NCBI GenBank assembly: GCA_045656345.1
Contig: JAZOQZ010000062.1
Location: 50 to 64,049 of the forward strand
DNA length: 64,000 bases
Direction of reading: 5' to 3'
Origin: Clostridia bacterium
Lineage (GTDB): Bacteria > Bacillota > Clostridia > UMGS1840
How positions within the stretch are numbered: the first letter of the stretch is position 1; each line of letters starts with the position of its first letter. The notes below the pieces were generated by a model, which saw only the letters and a program-made list of their open reading frames with translations, did no database searches and was not told the origin of the DNA. A program made the position numbers and the translations under genes. Below are positions 1 through 8,390 of the stretch, piece after piece.

Positions 1-1592
1 ATAACATTAAAAATTATGATGAAGTAGTTGCTTACCAAGAGCAGTCAGCCAAAAAGTCCGACTTTGAAAGAACCGAACTTGCAAAAGATAAAACCGGCGT
101 GGAATTAAAAGGCATCCGTGCCATCAATCCTGTAAACGGAAAAGAAATTCCCATTTTCGTGTCCGACTATGTACTGATGTCTTACGGCACCGGTGCCATT
201 ATGGCGGTACCTGCTCACGATGAGAGAGACTGGGATTTTGCAAAAGCCTTCAATCTGCCTATCATTCAGGTAGTTGCAGGCGGCGATGTAGAAAATGCAG
301 CTTACACCGACGTGGAAGAAGGCACTATGGTAAACTCCGGTTTCTTAGACGGTTTAAGTGTTGCAGAAGCAAAAAAAGCAATTATTGAGTACTTAGATAA
401 AGAAGGTCTGGGTGAATCCAAAGTCAACTATAAACTCCGTGACTGGGTATTCTCCCGTCAGCGTTACTGGGGCGAACCCATTCCGATTGTACACTGTGAA
501 AAATGCGGTGCGGTAGCGTTACCCGAAAGTGAACTGCCCTTACTGTTACCTGAAGTGGATAGCTACGAACCCACCGACAACGGCGAAAGCCCGTTAGCCA
601 ATATGACTGATTGGGTGAACACCACTTGTCCTTGCTGTGGTGGCCCCGCAAAAAGAGAAACCGACACCATGCCTCAGTGGGCAGGTTCTTCCTGGTATTT
701 CCTGCGTTATATGGATCCCCATAACAACGATGCATTAGCATCCAAAGAAGCATTGGAATACTGGGGCCCCGTAGATTCGTATAACGGCGGTATGGAGCAT
801 ACCACCTTGCACTTACTCTACTCTCGTTTCTGGCATAAATTCTTATATGACATCGGCGTGGTACCCACCAAGGAACCCTATGCAAAACGTACCTCTCACG
901 GTATGATTTTAGGGGAAAACGGTGAAAAAATGTCCAAATCCAGAGGCAACGTGGTAAACCCCGACGATATCGTAAGAGATTACGGTGCCGACACTATGCG
1001 TTTATACGAAATGTTTATCGGTGACTTTGAAAAAGCTGCTCCCTGGAGTCAGCAGGGTATCAAAGGTTGCGTAAGATTCTTAGAAAGAGTACACGCACTT
1101 TTGGATATGATTCAGGAAACTTCCACCGGTAAGCTGGAAAAAGAAATCCATAAGACCATCAAAAAAGTGTCTTCTGATATTGAATCCTTAAAATTCAATA
1201 CCGGTATTGCAAGTTTGATGAGCTTATTAAATGCAATCTATGATAACCGCGGTTTAACCAAGGAAGAATTAAAAATCTTCATCACCTTGTTAAATCCCTT
1301 CGCTCCTCACTTAACTGAAGAAATGTGGGTGCTCTTAGGTTTTGAAGGTATGTTAAACCAGACCGCTTGGCCCAAATACGATGAAGCAAAAACTGTGGAC
1401 AACGAATGCGAAATCGTAATCCAGTTAAACGGTAAAATCAAAGATAAATTAGTGATTGCTGCAAATCTTTCCAAAGACGAAATTGAAAAAACCGTAATGG
1501 AATCTGATGCGGTAAAAGCGATGATTGACGGTAAAACTGTGGTGAAAACCATTGTTGTTCCCGGAAAACTGGTTAACATTGTTGTGAAATAA
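1..1592 (+). CDS. leuS: Leucyl-tRNA synthetase, C-terminal ~530 aa (5' end outside window)
   Basis: Frame-3 ORF is open from the window edge to the stop at 1590-1592. It has the class I aaRS KMSKS loop ([10 protein letters not shown]), Cys clusters CEKCG / CPCCG, and a LeuRS-like C-terminal domain. Confidence 0.95.
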   Translation, partial: NIKNYDEVVAYQEQSAKKSDFERTELAKDKTGVELKGIRAINPVNGKEIPIFVSDYVLMSYGTGAIMAVPAHDERDWDFAKAFNLPIIQVVAGGDVENAAYTDVEEGTMVNSGFLDGLSVAEAKKAIIEYLDKEGLGESKVNYKLRDWVFSRQRYWGEPIPIVHCEKCGAVALPESELPLLLPEVDSYEPTDNGESPLANMTDWVNTTCPCCGGPAKRETDTMPQWAGSSWYFLRYMDPHNNDALASKEALEYWGPVDSYNGGMEHTTLHLLYSRFWHKFLYDIGVVPTKEPYAKRTSHGMILGENGEKMSKSRGNVVNPDDIVRDYGADTMRLYEMFIGDFEKAAPWSQQGIKGCVRFLERVHALLDMIQETSTGKLEKEIHKTIKKVSSDIESLKFNTGIASLMSLLNAIYDNRGLTKEELKIFITLLNPFAPHLTEEMWVLLGFEGMLNQTAWPKYDEAKTVDNECEIVIQLNGKIKDKLVIAANLSKDEIEKTVMESDAVKAMIDGKTVVKTIVVPGKLVNIVVK

Positions 1593-1599
1593 TTACTAA

Positions 1600-1720
1600 G
1601 GCTTGAAAAATTGTGCATAATCCGTAAACCTCATCGCTCGGCGTACACTCGGTACGCCTTCAGATAACCCCTGCGGGTTCGGTTTCCGAATTCTGCATCA
1701 ATTTTTCTGCACCTAAATGA
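1600..1720 (+). repeat. Intergenic structured repeat, copy A (three-helix junction element)
   Basis: Shares blocks GGCTTGAAAAAT, ATCCGYRAAYYTCA, CTCGGCGTAC-loop-GTACGCC, TTTSCGAATTCT and TTTTCTGCACCT with 5406-5537; the core is also shared with 15030-15128. Self-complementary pairs: 1619-1630/1681-1692, 1640-1646/1652-1658, 1666-1670/1675-1679. Confidence 0.8.
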
Positions 1721-1730
1721 TAGGTTAATT

Positions 1731-1778
1731 AAAAAGACGAAATTCAGATTTTTTAGTCCTTTGAATTTCGTCTTTTTG
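1731..1778. terminator. Rho-independent terminator-like hairpin (bidirectional: A-run / stem / T-run)
   Basis: AGACGAAATTCA (1735-1746) pairs with TGAATTTCGTCT (1762-1773). It is flanked by AAAAA upstream and TTTTT downstream. Confidence 0.6.
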
Positions 1779-1962
1779 TTTGTTTGATAAATATTCATTT
1801 TTTTCTTTGGCAGCAAAGAAAAAACGAACCCAAAAAAGAAACTGCCGCCTGATATTTTTCGCAATCCCATACTGCCGTCTTCCTGCAACCTTGTTCAATT
1901 GCGAAAATAAGGGCGGATTTTTTAATGTCGTCGTTCGGTAAGCGATTGATCGTTTTGTTCTT

Positions 1963-2682
1963 TTATGAGCAGGTCAGTTTTTTTCGTAAACCCTCAATGA
2001 TTTTTTTCTCAATTCTGGAGACCTGCACCTGTGAAATATTCAATTGCTTTGCTACTTCGTTTTGGGTTTTGTCTTCAAAATACCGCAGGTGAATCACAGT
2101 TTGTTCCCGTTCGGGAAGTTTTTGTAGAAGTTCGTGGAGTGCCATGTATTCCACAATTTTTTCTTCCTGATGTTCTTCGCCCGGGATTTTATCCATCAGC
2201 ATTACAGAACCGTCATCTCCCATAGGGGCATACAAAGATTCACACGTTGGCGTGTAAGAGAGAGCAGTTACCACATCATCCTCGGGGATTCCGGTTGCCT
2301 GGGAGATTTCGGTGATTTTGGGTTCGCGGAAAAATTGATTTTTGTAGTTTTCTAAGTAACGGTTGATTTTATAAGCATTTTCTTTGATATAGCGGGACAC
2401 TTTCAGTGCACCGTCATCTCTTAAAAACCGTTTGATTTCTCCCATAATCATCGGCACGGCATAGGTGGAAAATTGCACGTCATAAGAAAAATCAAATTTT
2501 TCAATGGCTTTTTTCAGTCCGATGCATCCAATCTGGATGGCATCGTCCGGCTCAATTCCACGGTTTAAAAATCGGAGCGCAATTTTTTTAACCAATCCCA
2601 TATTGAGAGAAAACAGTTGTTCCATTGCATTGGCGTCGCCTGTTTTTGCCAGTTTAATCAGTTCGTTGTTTTTGTCAAACAA
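1963..2682 (-). CDS. sigF: Sporulation sigma factor F (sigma-70 family, SigF/SpoIIAC)
   Basis: 239-aa sigma-70 region 2-4 protein (DDAIQIGCIGLKKAIEKFD, region 4 HTH QNEVAKQLNISQVQVSRIEKK). It lies directly downstream of spoIIAA-spoIIAB. TTG start is preceded by GAGGTG. Confidence 0.85.
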   Translation of the reverse strand: MFDKNNELIKLAKTGDANAMEQLFSLNMGLVKKIALRFLNRGIEPDDAIQIGCIGLKKAIEKFDFSYDVQFSTYAVPMIMGEIKRFLRDDGALKVSRYIKENAYKINRYLENYKNQFFREPKITEISQATGIPEDDVVTALSYTPTCESLYAPMGDDGSVMLMDKIPGEEHQEEKIVEYMALHELLQKLPEREQTVIHLRYFEDKTQNEVAKQLNISQVQVSRIEKKIIEGLRKKLTCS

Positions 2683-2711
2683 CTTATCACACCTCGTTTT
2701 CTTAAGCAGGG

Positions 2712-3149
2712 TTATGTATGGTTAGGGTGAAGCCTTTTTTTCATAAATACACGGGTTCCTTTTCCGGGTTCGGATTCCACTTGTAGGGAGTCCATAAATG
2801 ATTCCATCACGGTGAACCCCATTCCGGAGCGTTCTTCTTCGGTTTTTGTGGTGAAAAGAGGTTCTCTTGCTTTATCAATATCGGGAATTCCTTTTCCGGC
2901 ATCTGTTATTGTGATTTCCACGCTGTAATCAGAAAAAAGTCTCATTTCCAGCGTAATAATGCCGATTGTTTTATCATATCCGTGGATCACCGCATTGGAT
3001 ACCGCTTCCGATACTGCGGTTTTTACCTCCACAATTTCAGAAACTGTGGGGTCAGAGGGGGAGATAAAGGCTGCCGCCGTCACACGGGCAAAACTTTCGT
3101 TTTCCGATCGGGATAAAAACATGAGCCGCATTTCGTTTAGAATTTCCAT
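2712..3149 (-). CDS. spoIIAB: Anti-sigma F factor, serine protein kinase SpoIIAB
   Basis: HATPase_c-type protein with N-terminus ...SENESFARVTAAAFIS... and motifs SEAVSNAVIHGY and GMGFTVMESFMD. It sits between spoIIAA and sigF. ATG at 3149 is preferred over the TTG at 3158. Confidence 0.85.
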   Translation of the reverse strand: MEILNEMRLMFLSRSENESFARVTAAAFISPSDPTVSEIVEVKTAVSEAVSNAVIHGYDKTIGIITLEMRLFSDYSVEITITDAGKGIPDIDKAREPLFTTKTEEERSGMGFTVMESFMDSLQVESEPGKGTRVFMKKRLHPNHT

Positions 3150-3478
3150 AATTTGCAAAGCTCCTTTCCGTGGGAGAGAATAGTGACAATTTCACGCATA
3201 TTGGCAAGATTCAGCATCCTCAGATACCGTTCGTGGGTGGTGTATACATAAGTGGTGGTTCCGAATACCGATGCCAGTTTGTAGCCGTGAGCAATAAAAC
3301 TAATGCCGGAACTGTCCATAAAGGTGAGCCCCTCCAGATGAAAAATGATGCGTCGGTAATTTTTTTGGGAAAGCTTAAGGGTGAGACGTTCTCTTCCTGC
3401 GATGCAATTATGGTGATCCAATTCACCTCGCATGAGAATCATCAGGGTGTCGTTTTGTTCTTCAAAGAGTATTTCCAT
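3137..3478 (-). CDS. spoIIAA: Anti-sigma F factor antagonist SpoIIAA (STAS domain)
   Basis: 113-aa STAS protein with the phosphorylatable-serine motif FMDSSGI. It is the first gene of the spoIIA-type operon; RBS GAGGAA. Confidence 0.85.
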   Translation of the reverse strand: MEILFEEQNDTLMILMRGELDHHNCIAGRERLTLKLSQKNYRRIIFHLEGLTFMDSSGISFIAHGYKLASVFGTTTYVYTTHERYLRMLNLANMREIVTILSHGKELCKLWKF

Positions 3479-3571
3479 GGTTGTTCCTCGTTTGTGATAT
3501 ATTGTTTTTTTTATTGTAGCATAAAGAAGATAAATTGTCTGTTGTAATTTGTCGGGGAAGACAAAGAATCG

Positions 3572-3580
3572 TTCGACAAA
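3572..3580 (-). promoter_or_regulatory. Possible Spo0A box (TTTGTCGAA) upstream of spoIIAA
   Basis: The minus-strand sequence TTTGTCGAA matches the 0A-box core TGNCGAA about 95 nt upstream of the spoIIAA start. No other support. Confidence 0.3.
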
Positions 3581-3678
3581 TCGGAGATTTTTTTTAAAAA
3601 TCTGTTGATTTTTTTGGGAAAATGTGGTATGATATTCAAAGTATGCAAAAACATCTGTGTAAGAAAGGAATTTTCCCT

Positions 3679-4167
3679 ATGAAACAAAGAGGTTTTGAAG
3701 TAGCCAAAGATTTTTTGAATCAGGATATTAAGCTTCCCGAGCGTTCCACCAAAAACAGTGCCGGATACGATTTTTTTGCAATCGAAGACACTGTGATTCC
3801 GTCTTATTACGGTCAACTTTTAGAAAAAGTAATCTCCAAAGAACCGATTAAACCCACTTTGGTAAAAACAGGTATTAAGGCTTATATGGGTGAGGATGAA
3901 GTGCTGTCCATTTATAATCGTTCCTCCAATCCCGGTAAAAAAGGTCTGATTTTAGCAAACTCTGTTGGAATTATCGATAGCGACTACTACTCCAATCCCG
4001 ATAATGACGGTCATATTATGTTTGCGTTTTACAATTTTATGCCTTTTTCTATCACCATTAAAAAAGGTGATAAAATCGGTCAGGGAATTTTCACAAAATT
4101 CTTAAAAGCGGATGATGATAACGCTCAGGGTGACCGTACTGGCGGTTTTGGAAGCACCGGTAAATAA
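3679..4167 (+). CDS. dut: dUTP diphosphatase (trimeric dUTPase family)
   Basis: Motifs NSAGYDF, GIIDSDY, IGQGIF and C-terminal GDRTGGFGSTGK. ATG at 3679 follows AAAGGAA; the longer ORF from 3622 lacks an RBS. Confidence 0.85.
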   Translation: MKQRGFEVAKDFLNQDIKLPERSTKNSAGYDFFAIEDTVIPSYYGQLLEKVISKEPIKPTLVKTGIKAYMGEDEVLSIYNRSSNPGKKGLILANSVGIIDSDYYSNPDNDGHIMFAFYNFMPFSITIKKGDKIGQGIFTKFLKADDDNAQGDRTGGFGSTGK

Positions 4168-4202
4168 GTCAAAACGAAAAAAATGAAAAAGGAGTAAAAC
4201 AC

Positions 4203-4808
4203 TTGAAAAAAATTTGTTTATTATTATTAGCGCTGATGCTCGTATTAACAGGGTGCAGCCAGACACAGGAAACACAAACTGACAAGGAGCAATCCACTCA
4301 GCAAACTACACAAACAAAAGGAGAAAATGATATGAGAGCAATTGTTACTATGAAAACTGTTACCGTGGATAAAACCGATGCAAATAGACCCATCGTGACC
4401 ATTGAAATGGAATCCGGCGGTATCATCAAAGCAGAATTATATCCTGAAATCGCACCCATCACCGTGGAAAACTTTGTTTCTTTAATTGAAAAAGGTTTTT
4501 ACAACGGTTTAATCTTTCACAGAAACATCCCCGGCTTTGTAATCCAGGGCGGATGTCCTCTGGGTAATGGTACCGGTGGCCCCGGTTACAACATCAAGGG
4601 TGAATTTGCATCCAACGGTGTGGAAAATAATTTAAAACACGAAAGAGGCGTGCTGTCTATGGCAAGAGCTATGGACCCCAACTCTGCAGGCAGCCAGTTC
4701 TTCATTATGCATGCAGATGCACCTCACCTGGATGGTGACTACGCTGCATTCGGTAAAGTGATCGAAGGTATGGATTATGTGGATGCTATCGCAACCTCCG
4801 GCATGTAA
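4203..4808 (+). CDS. Peptidyl-prolyl cis-trans isomerase, cyclophilin type, lipoprotein
   Basis: Signal peptide with lipobox LVLTGC, then a Thr/Gln-rich linker. The cyclophilin core has FHRNIPGFVIQGG, GGPGY and SAGSQFFI. TTG start. Confidence 0.85.
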   Translation: MKKICLLLLALMLVLTGCSQTQETQTDKEQSTQQTTQTKGENDMRAIVTMKTVTVDKTDANRPIVTIEMESGGIIKAELYPEIAPITVENFVSLIEKGFYNGLIFHRNIPGFVIQGGCPLGNGTGGPGYNIKGEFASNGVENNLKHERGVLSMARAMDPNSAGSQFFIMHADAPHLDGDYAAFGKVIEGMDYVDAIATSGM

Positions 4809-4844
4809 TACAGCTGGATAAAATTGTTTCGTATAAAAGCTGCT

Positions 4845-4877
4845 AAAAAGGGCAACGGTTTTTCGTTGCTCTTTTTG
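4845..4877 (+). terminator. Rho-independent terminator after the PPIase gene
   Basis: Stem 4849-4857 / 4864-4872 (AGGGCAACG...CGTTGCTCT) followed by a T-run. Confidence 0.6.
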
Positions 4878-4946
4878 TATGATAAACATGTCAGTAAATC
4901 CTGTCAAATTTTGAAAGAAAAAATACAAAAAAATTCCCGAAATCTC

Positions 4947-4975
4947 TTGACAAATGCCATTGTTTGTGATATATT
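4947..4975 (+). promoter_or_regulatory. Sigma-A type promoter for tRNA-Leu/rpmB
   Basis: TTGACA (4947-4952), 17-nt spacer, TATATT (4970-4975). It lies about 28 nt upstream of the tRNA 5' end. Confidence 0.65.
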
Positions 4976-5002
4976 ATTACAAGTCAGCTTATGTGTTTAT
5001 AT

Positions 5003-5084
5003 GCCGGTGTGGCGGAATGGCAGACGCGCGCGACTCAAAATCGTGAGGGAAACCGTGGGGGTTCAAGTCCCTTCACCGGCACCA
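5003..5084 (+). tRNA. tRNA-Leu (anticodon CAA), long variable arm, encoded CCA
   Basis: Acceptor stem GCCGGTG/CACCGGC, anticodon loop CT-CAA-AA, long extra arm, T-arm GGGGGTTCAAGTCCCTTC, 3' ACCA. Confidence 0.9.
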
Positions 5085-5155
5085 TCATTATAAAACTGTT
5101 TAAAAAATCGCTGATATATAAACTATATCTAATTTGTTTGGAGGTGCAATCGACT

Positions 5156-5344
5156 ATGGCAAAATGCGAAATTTGCAGCAAAGCTACCACTTTCGGTATT
5201 CAGGTTTCTCACTCTCACAGAAGATCCAACAGAACCTGGAAACCCAATGTTAAAAAAGTAAGAGCAATTGTTGACGGTGCTCCGAAAAGAATTACCGTTT
5301 GCTCCAAATGCTTAAAATCCGGTAGAGTTATCAGAGCTATCTAA
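5156..5344 (+). CDS. rpmB: 50S ribosomal protein L28
   Basis: 62-aa MAKCEICSKATTFGIQVSHSHRRSNRTWKPNVKKV..., the typical L28 sequence. RBS GGAGGTG lies 9 nt upstream. Confidence 0.95.
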   Translation: MAKCEICSKATTFGIQVSHSHRRSNRTWKPNVKKVRAIVDGAPKRITVCSKCLKSGRVIRAI

Positions 5345-5360
5345 TTGAAAGCGCAAAAGA

Positions 5361-5391
5361 AAAAGACCGTTATGTAATAACGGTCTTTTTT
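5361..5391 (+). terminator. Rho-independent terminator after rpmB
   Basis: GACCGTTA (5365-5372) pairs with TAACGGTC (5378-5385), followed by TTTTTT. Confidence 0.75.
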
Positions 5392-5405
5392 GTATGCTTT
5401 TTTGC

Positions 5406-5537
5406 GGCTTGAAAAATGAGTTGGAATCCGTGAATTTCACCCTCGGCGTACACTCGGTACAGCCTCGGGCTCCGTCAAGGCGTTGCCTTGATTCAATTTC
5501 CGAATTCTATTCTCATTTTTCTGCACCTTATATGTGA
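5406..5537 (+). repeat. Intergenic structured repeat, copy B
   Basis: Aligns with 1600-1720 over its whole length. Helices: 5425-5436/5495-5506; GGCGTAC/GTACAGCC around loop ACTCG; TCAAGGC-GTT-GCCTTGA at 5475-5491. Confidence 0.8.
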
Positions 5538-5553
5538 TGCGTTGAAAAGTGTA

Positions 5554-5587
5554 AAAACGATGAATTGGCAAAAATTCATCGTTTTTT
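5554..5587. terminator. Bidirectional terminator (serves rlmH on the minus strand)
   Basis: AAAAACGATGAATT ... AATTCATCGTTTTTT. The stem is flanked by an A-run and a T-run and abuts the rlmH stop. Confidence 0.7.
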
Positions 5588-6062
5588 ATTTATGATAGCT
5601 TTCGTTATTTAAAATTTTAAAGCCACGGTAAATCTGCTCGGTTAAAAACAGGCGGGCAAGATTATGGGGAAATGTCATTTTAGACATCGAAATCTTCATC
5701 CGACAGGCGGAAAGCACATCGGGATGAAGTCCGTGTGAACTGCCGATAATAAAGCACATTCCACCCTCAACTGCTTTTTGATCGATGAGAGCTGCAAATT
5801 CTTCGGAAGAGTACTGTTTCCCATTAATTGCCATAGCAACAGGCACCATATTCTTCGGGATGCTTTTTAGAATCTGTGCACCTTCTTTTTTTAAAACCCC
5901 TTCTATTTCCTTGTCTCCCGGACGGTCACTTAAGGGGAGGTCAGGGATTTCGATATGGGTAAAATCGGTATATTTTTTCAGCCGTTTTTCATATTCTGAA
6001 ATAAGATTACGGGTTGCCTCTTCCTTGATTTTCCCAACAGTGATCAGAGTGGTTTTAATCAT
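5586..6062 (-). CDS. rlmH: 23S rRNA (pseudouridine1915-N3)-methyltransferase RlmH (SPOUT)
   Basis: 158 aa, MIKTTLITVGKIKE..., C-terminal IIGSSHGL...MTFPHNLARLFLTEQIYRGFKI, typical of RlmH. Confidence 0.9.
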   Translation of the reverse strand: MIKTTLITVGKIKEEATRNLISEYEKRLKKYTDFTHIEIPDLPLSDRPGDKEIEGVLKKEGAQILKSIPKNMVPVAMAINGKQYSSEEFAALIDQKAVEGGMCFIIGSSHGLHPDVLSACRMKISMSKMTFPHNLARLFLTEQIYRGFKILNNESYHK

Positions 6063-6853
6063 AAGAGCACCACCTCTCCCAGCATTCCCCGATGAGAAAC
6101 GGAGAGTTCTACATCTTTGTTTGCCTCAATTTTACCTTCTTTTAACACATCTTTTACGGTATGAAAGGCGAGTTCCGAAGTGTTTGCCTCGCCGCTTAAA
6201 TGGCCTAAAATGATTTTTTTCGTGCCGCCGTTTACTAAGTGAGTGGCAAATTTTCCTGCATTTTCATTGGATAAATGCCCCTCATCACCACGGATTCTTT
6301 GTTTTAAATGGAAGGGATAGGAGCAGTTTTCCAATGTGTTTAAATCGTGATTGGATTCTAAGAAAACCAGTTCTTTTCCTTTCACATCGGTAAATAAATT
6401 GTCTGCCAGATGACCAACATCCGTCAGGACGCTGATAGCTTTTTCATCGGCAAATAAATTATATCCCACCGTGTGACAGGCATCGTGAGGTACAGGGAAA
6501 GATTCAATCCGTAAGTCCAGCACCCCCACACTCTGATTACGGTCAATCTGAAAAATACGGTCAGAATAGTCACAGATTTTCGGGTACAATTCAATCAGCG
6601 TACCCTTGGTGCCACACACTTTCACGTTAAGATGCTTCATCATCATAGGGAGCGCTGAGGTGTGGTCAGTGTGAGCGTGGGTCAAAAAAACGGCATCCAG
6701 TTTGCCAATGTCCTCCCCGATGGAATCCAAAGACTCACGGATGCGCTTAAAACTGCACCCGCAGTCCACCAGGATGCGGGTGCCTTTATAGGATATAAAA
6801 ATAGAGTTACCGTTACTTCCTGAAAATAACGGACAAAATTTCAATTGATTCAT
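6059..6853 (-). CDS. MBL-fold metallo-hydrolase (YycJ/WalJ-like)
   Basis: Has the HAHTDH motif and the N-terminus FCPLFSGSNGNSIFISYKGTRILVDCG. Overlaps the rlmH start by 4 nt. Confidence 0.8.
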   Translation of the reverse strand: MNQLKFCPLFSGSNGNSIFISYKGTRILVDCGCSFKRIRESLDSIGEDIGKLDAVFLTHAHTDHTSALPMMMKHLNVKVCGTKGTLIELYPKICDYSDRIFQIDRNQSVGVLDLRIESFPVPHDACHTVGYNLFADEKAISVLTDVGHLADNLFTDVKGKELVFLESNHDLNTLENCSYPFHLKQRIRGDEGHLSNENAGKFATHLVNGGTKKIILGHLSGEANTSELAFHTVKDVLKEGKIEANKDVELSVSHRGMLGEVVLL

Positions 6854-6868
6854 AGTTGCTGTTTGGGC

Positions 6869-8131
6869 TTAATCCGAAATTTCAGCCTTTTCGATTTTTC
6901 CGCCCATTCCTTTGATTTTTTCAACAATATTTTCGTAACCGCGTTCAACGTGGAAAATATCATAAATTTCAGTGGTTCCTCTTGCCATCAGCCCCGCAAT
7001 TACCATTGCTGCACCGGCACGCAGGTCGGTGGCTTTTAAGGGAGCAGGGGAGAGCTCGTCCACACCGGTAATCATTGCCATGTTGCCGCTGACTTTAATA
7101 TCTGCACCCATTTTCTTTAGTTCTTCGGTGTATTTAAAGCGGGAATCCCAGATGGTTTCAGTCACGGTGCTGGTGCCTTCAGACACACACAGTAATGTGG
7201 CAATCAGAGGCTGCATATCCGTGGGGAATCCGGGGTAGGGCAGAGTTTTTACTACGGTCTTTTTGGGACGTTTTTTGTAGTACACACGGATAGAATCGTC
7301 TCCTTCTTCCACACCGATTCCCATTTCGTTTAATTTTGCTGTGAGGCAGTCTAAGTGACGGGGAATCACGTTTTTGATGAGCACGTCTCCTTTGGTAGCT
7401 GCCGCCATCATCATATATGTACCGGCTTCAATCTGGTCGGGAATGATGGAATAGATGGAGCCTTTTAATTCTTTCACACCCACAATTTTAATAGTGTCGG
7501 TACCGGCACCTTTGATTTTGGCACCCATAGAGTTCAAGAAATTGGCAACGTCAACAATATGGGGTTCTTTTGCAACGTTTTCAATGATGGTGGTTCCTTT
7601 TGCTTTGCAGGCACAAAGCATCACATTGATGGTGGCGCCCACGGAAACCTGGTCAAAGAACACGGGAGCACCGGTTAAGGCAACAGATTTTGCCACGATG
7701 GCTCCTGCCTTCACCTCTGTCTGAACGCCTAACGCCTCAAAGCCTTTTAAGTGCTGGTCAATGGGGCGGTTTCCCAGATGGCATCCACCGGGAAGGGCAA
7801 CTTCTGCCTGGTTATATTTTCCTAAAAGCGCACCCAGGAAATAGTAGGAGGCACGCATTTTTGTTGCCAGTTCATAGGGCACTCTGGTGGTATCCATCTT
7901 GGTGGAATCAATATACAGAACGCCGGGTTCCTTGTAATAAACCTCCACGTTCATCTTTTTTAAAATATTAATCATAATGCGAACGTCGGAAATATCGGGC
8001 ACATTTTCCAACACACAGGGAGTGTCCGATAAAAGCGCTGCAGGAATCATCGCAACTGCAACATTTTTTGCTCCGCTGATGACTACTTCACCCGTTAAAG
8101 GGTTCCCACCGTTGATGATATATTTTTCCAA
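6869..8131 (-). CDS. murA: UDP-N-acetylglucosamine 1-carboxyvinyltransferase (MurA, copy 1)
   Basis: 420 aa, EPSP-synthase fold, ISGAKNVAVAMIPAALL, active-site loop LPGGCHLGNRPID with catalytic Cys, HVERGYENIVEKI. Confidence 0.95.
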   Translation of the reverse strand: MEKYIINGGNPLTGEVVISGAKNVAVAMIPAALLSDTPCVLENVPDISDVRIMINILKKMNVEVYYKEPGVLYIDSTKMDTTRVPYELATKMRASYYFLGALLGKYNQAEVALPGGCHLGNRPIDQHLKGFEALGVQTEVKAGAIVAKSVALTGAPVFFDQVSVGATINVMLCACKAKGTTIIENVAKEPHIVDVANFLNSMGAKIKGAGTDTIKIVGVKELKGSIYSIIPDQIEAGTYMMMAAATKGDVLIKNVIPRHLDCLTAKLNEMGIGVEEGDDSIRVYYKKRPKKTVVKTLPYPGFPTDMQPLIATLLCVSEGTSTVTETIWDSRFKYTEELKKMGADIKVSGNMAMITGVDELSPAPLKATDLRAGAAMVIAGLMARGTTEIYDIFHVERGYENIVEKIKGMGGKIEKAEISD

Positions 8132-8390
8132 GGTTTTGTCACGCCTTTCGTCTATGGTAATTCCCGAAAATCTCGGGCTAAAATACTCTTAGCTTATTAT
8201 AACATATCCTTCCTAAAAAATAAAGACTTTTTTGCACATTTTTTTATTTTTATGTGCTTTTCGTCAAAAAACATTTTTTTGATGAAAAACTTCTGAAAAA
8301 ATTTGTCAATTTTGTTGCAAATCATAGCGGATTGTGCTATACTGTATAATAACGTATTATGTGAAAAAAATAATTTGATGGAGAACGAAT

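Noticed and set aside
424-885. 153-aa minus-strand ORF inside leuS, and similar antisense ORFs inside murA, PBP, malQ, adh and others
   Set aside because: All are embedded in strongly supported CDSs on the other strand and lack start-site signals.
1631-1888. 85-aa minus-strand ORF spanning repeat copy A and the adjacent terminator
   Set aside because: No RBS. Low-complexity K/F-rich translation. It runs through a terminator hairpin, and its C-terminal part is just the translated repeat. The other two repeat copies do not keep this reading frame.
6869-8131. One of the two murA copies being a pseudogene or assembly duplicate
   Set aside because: Both are full length and clearly diverged from each other. 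Each retains the catalytic Cys loop and the C-terminal ERGYEN motif. Two MurA paralogs are normal in Firmicutes.
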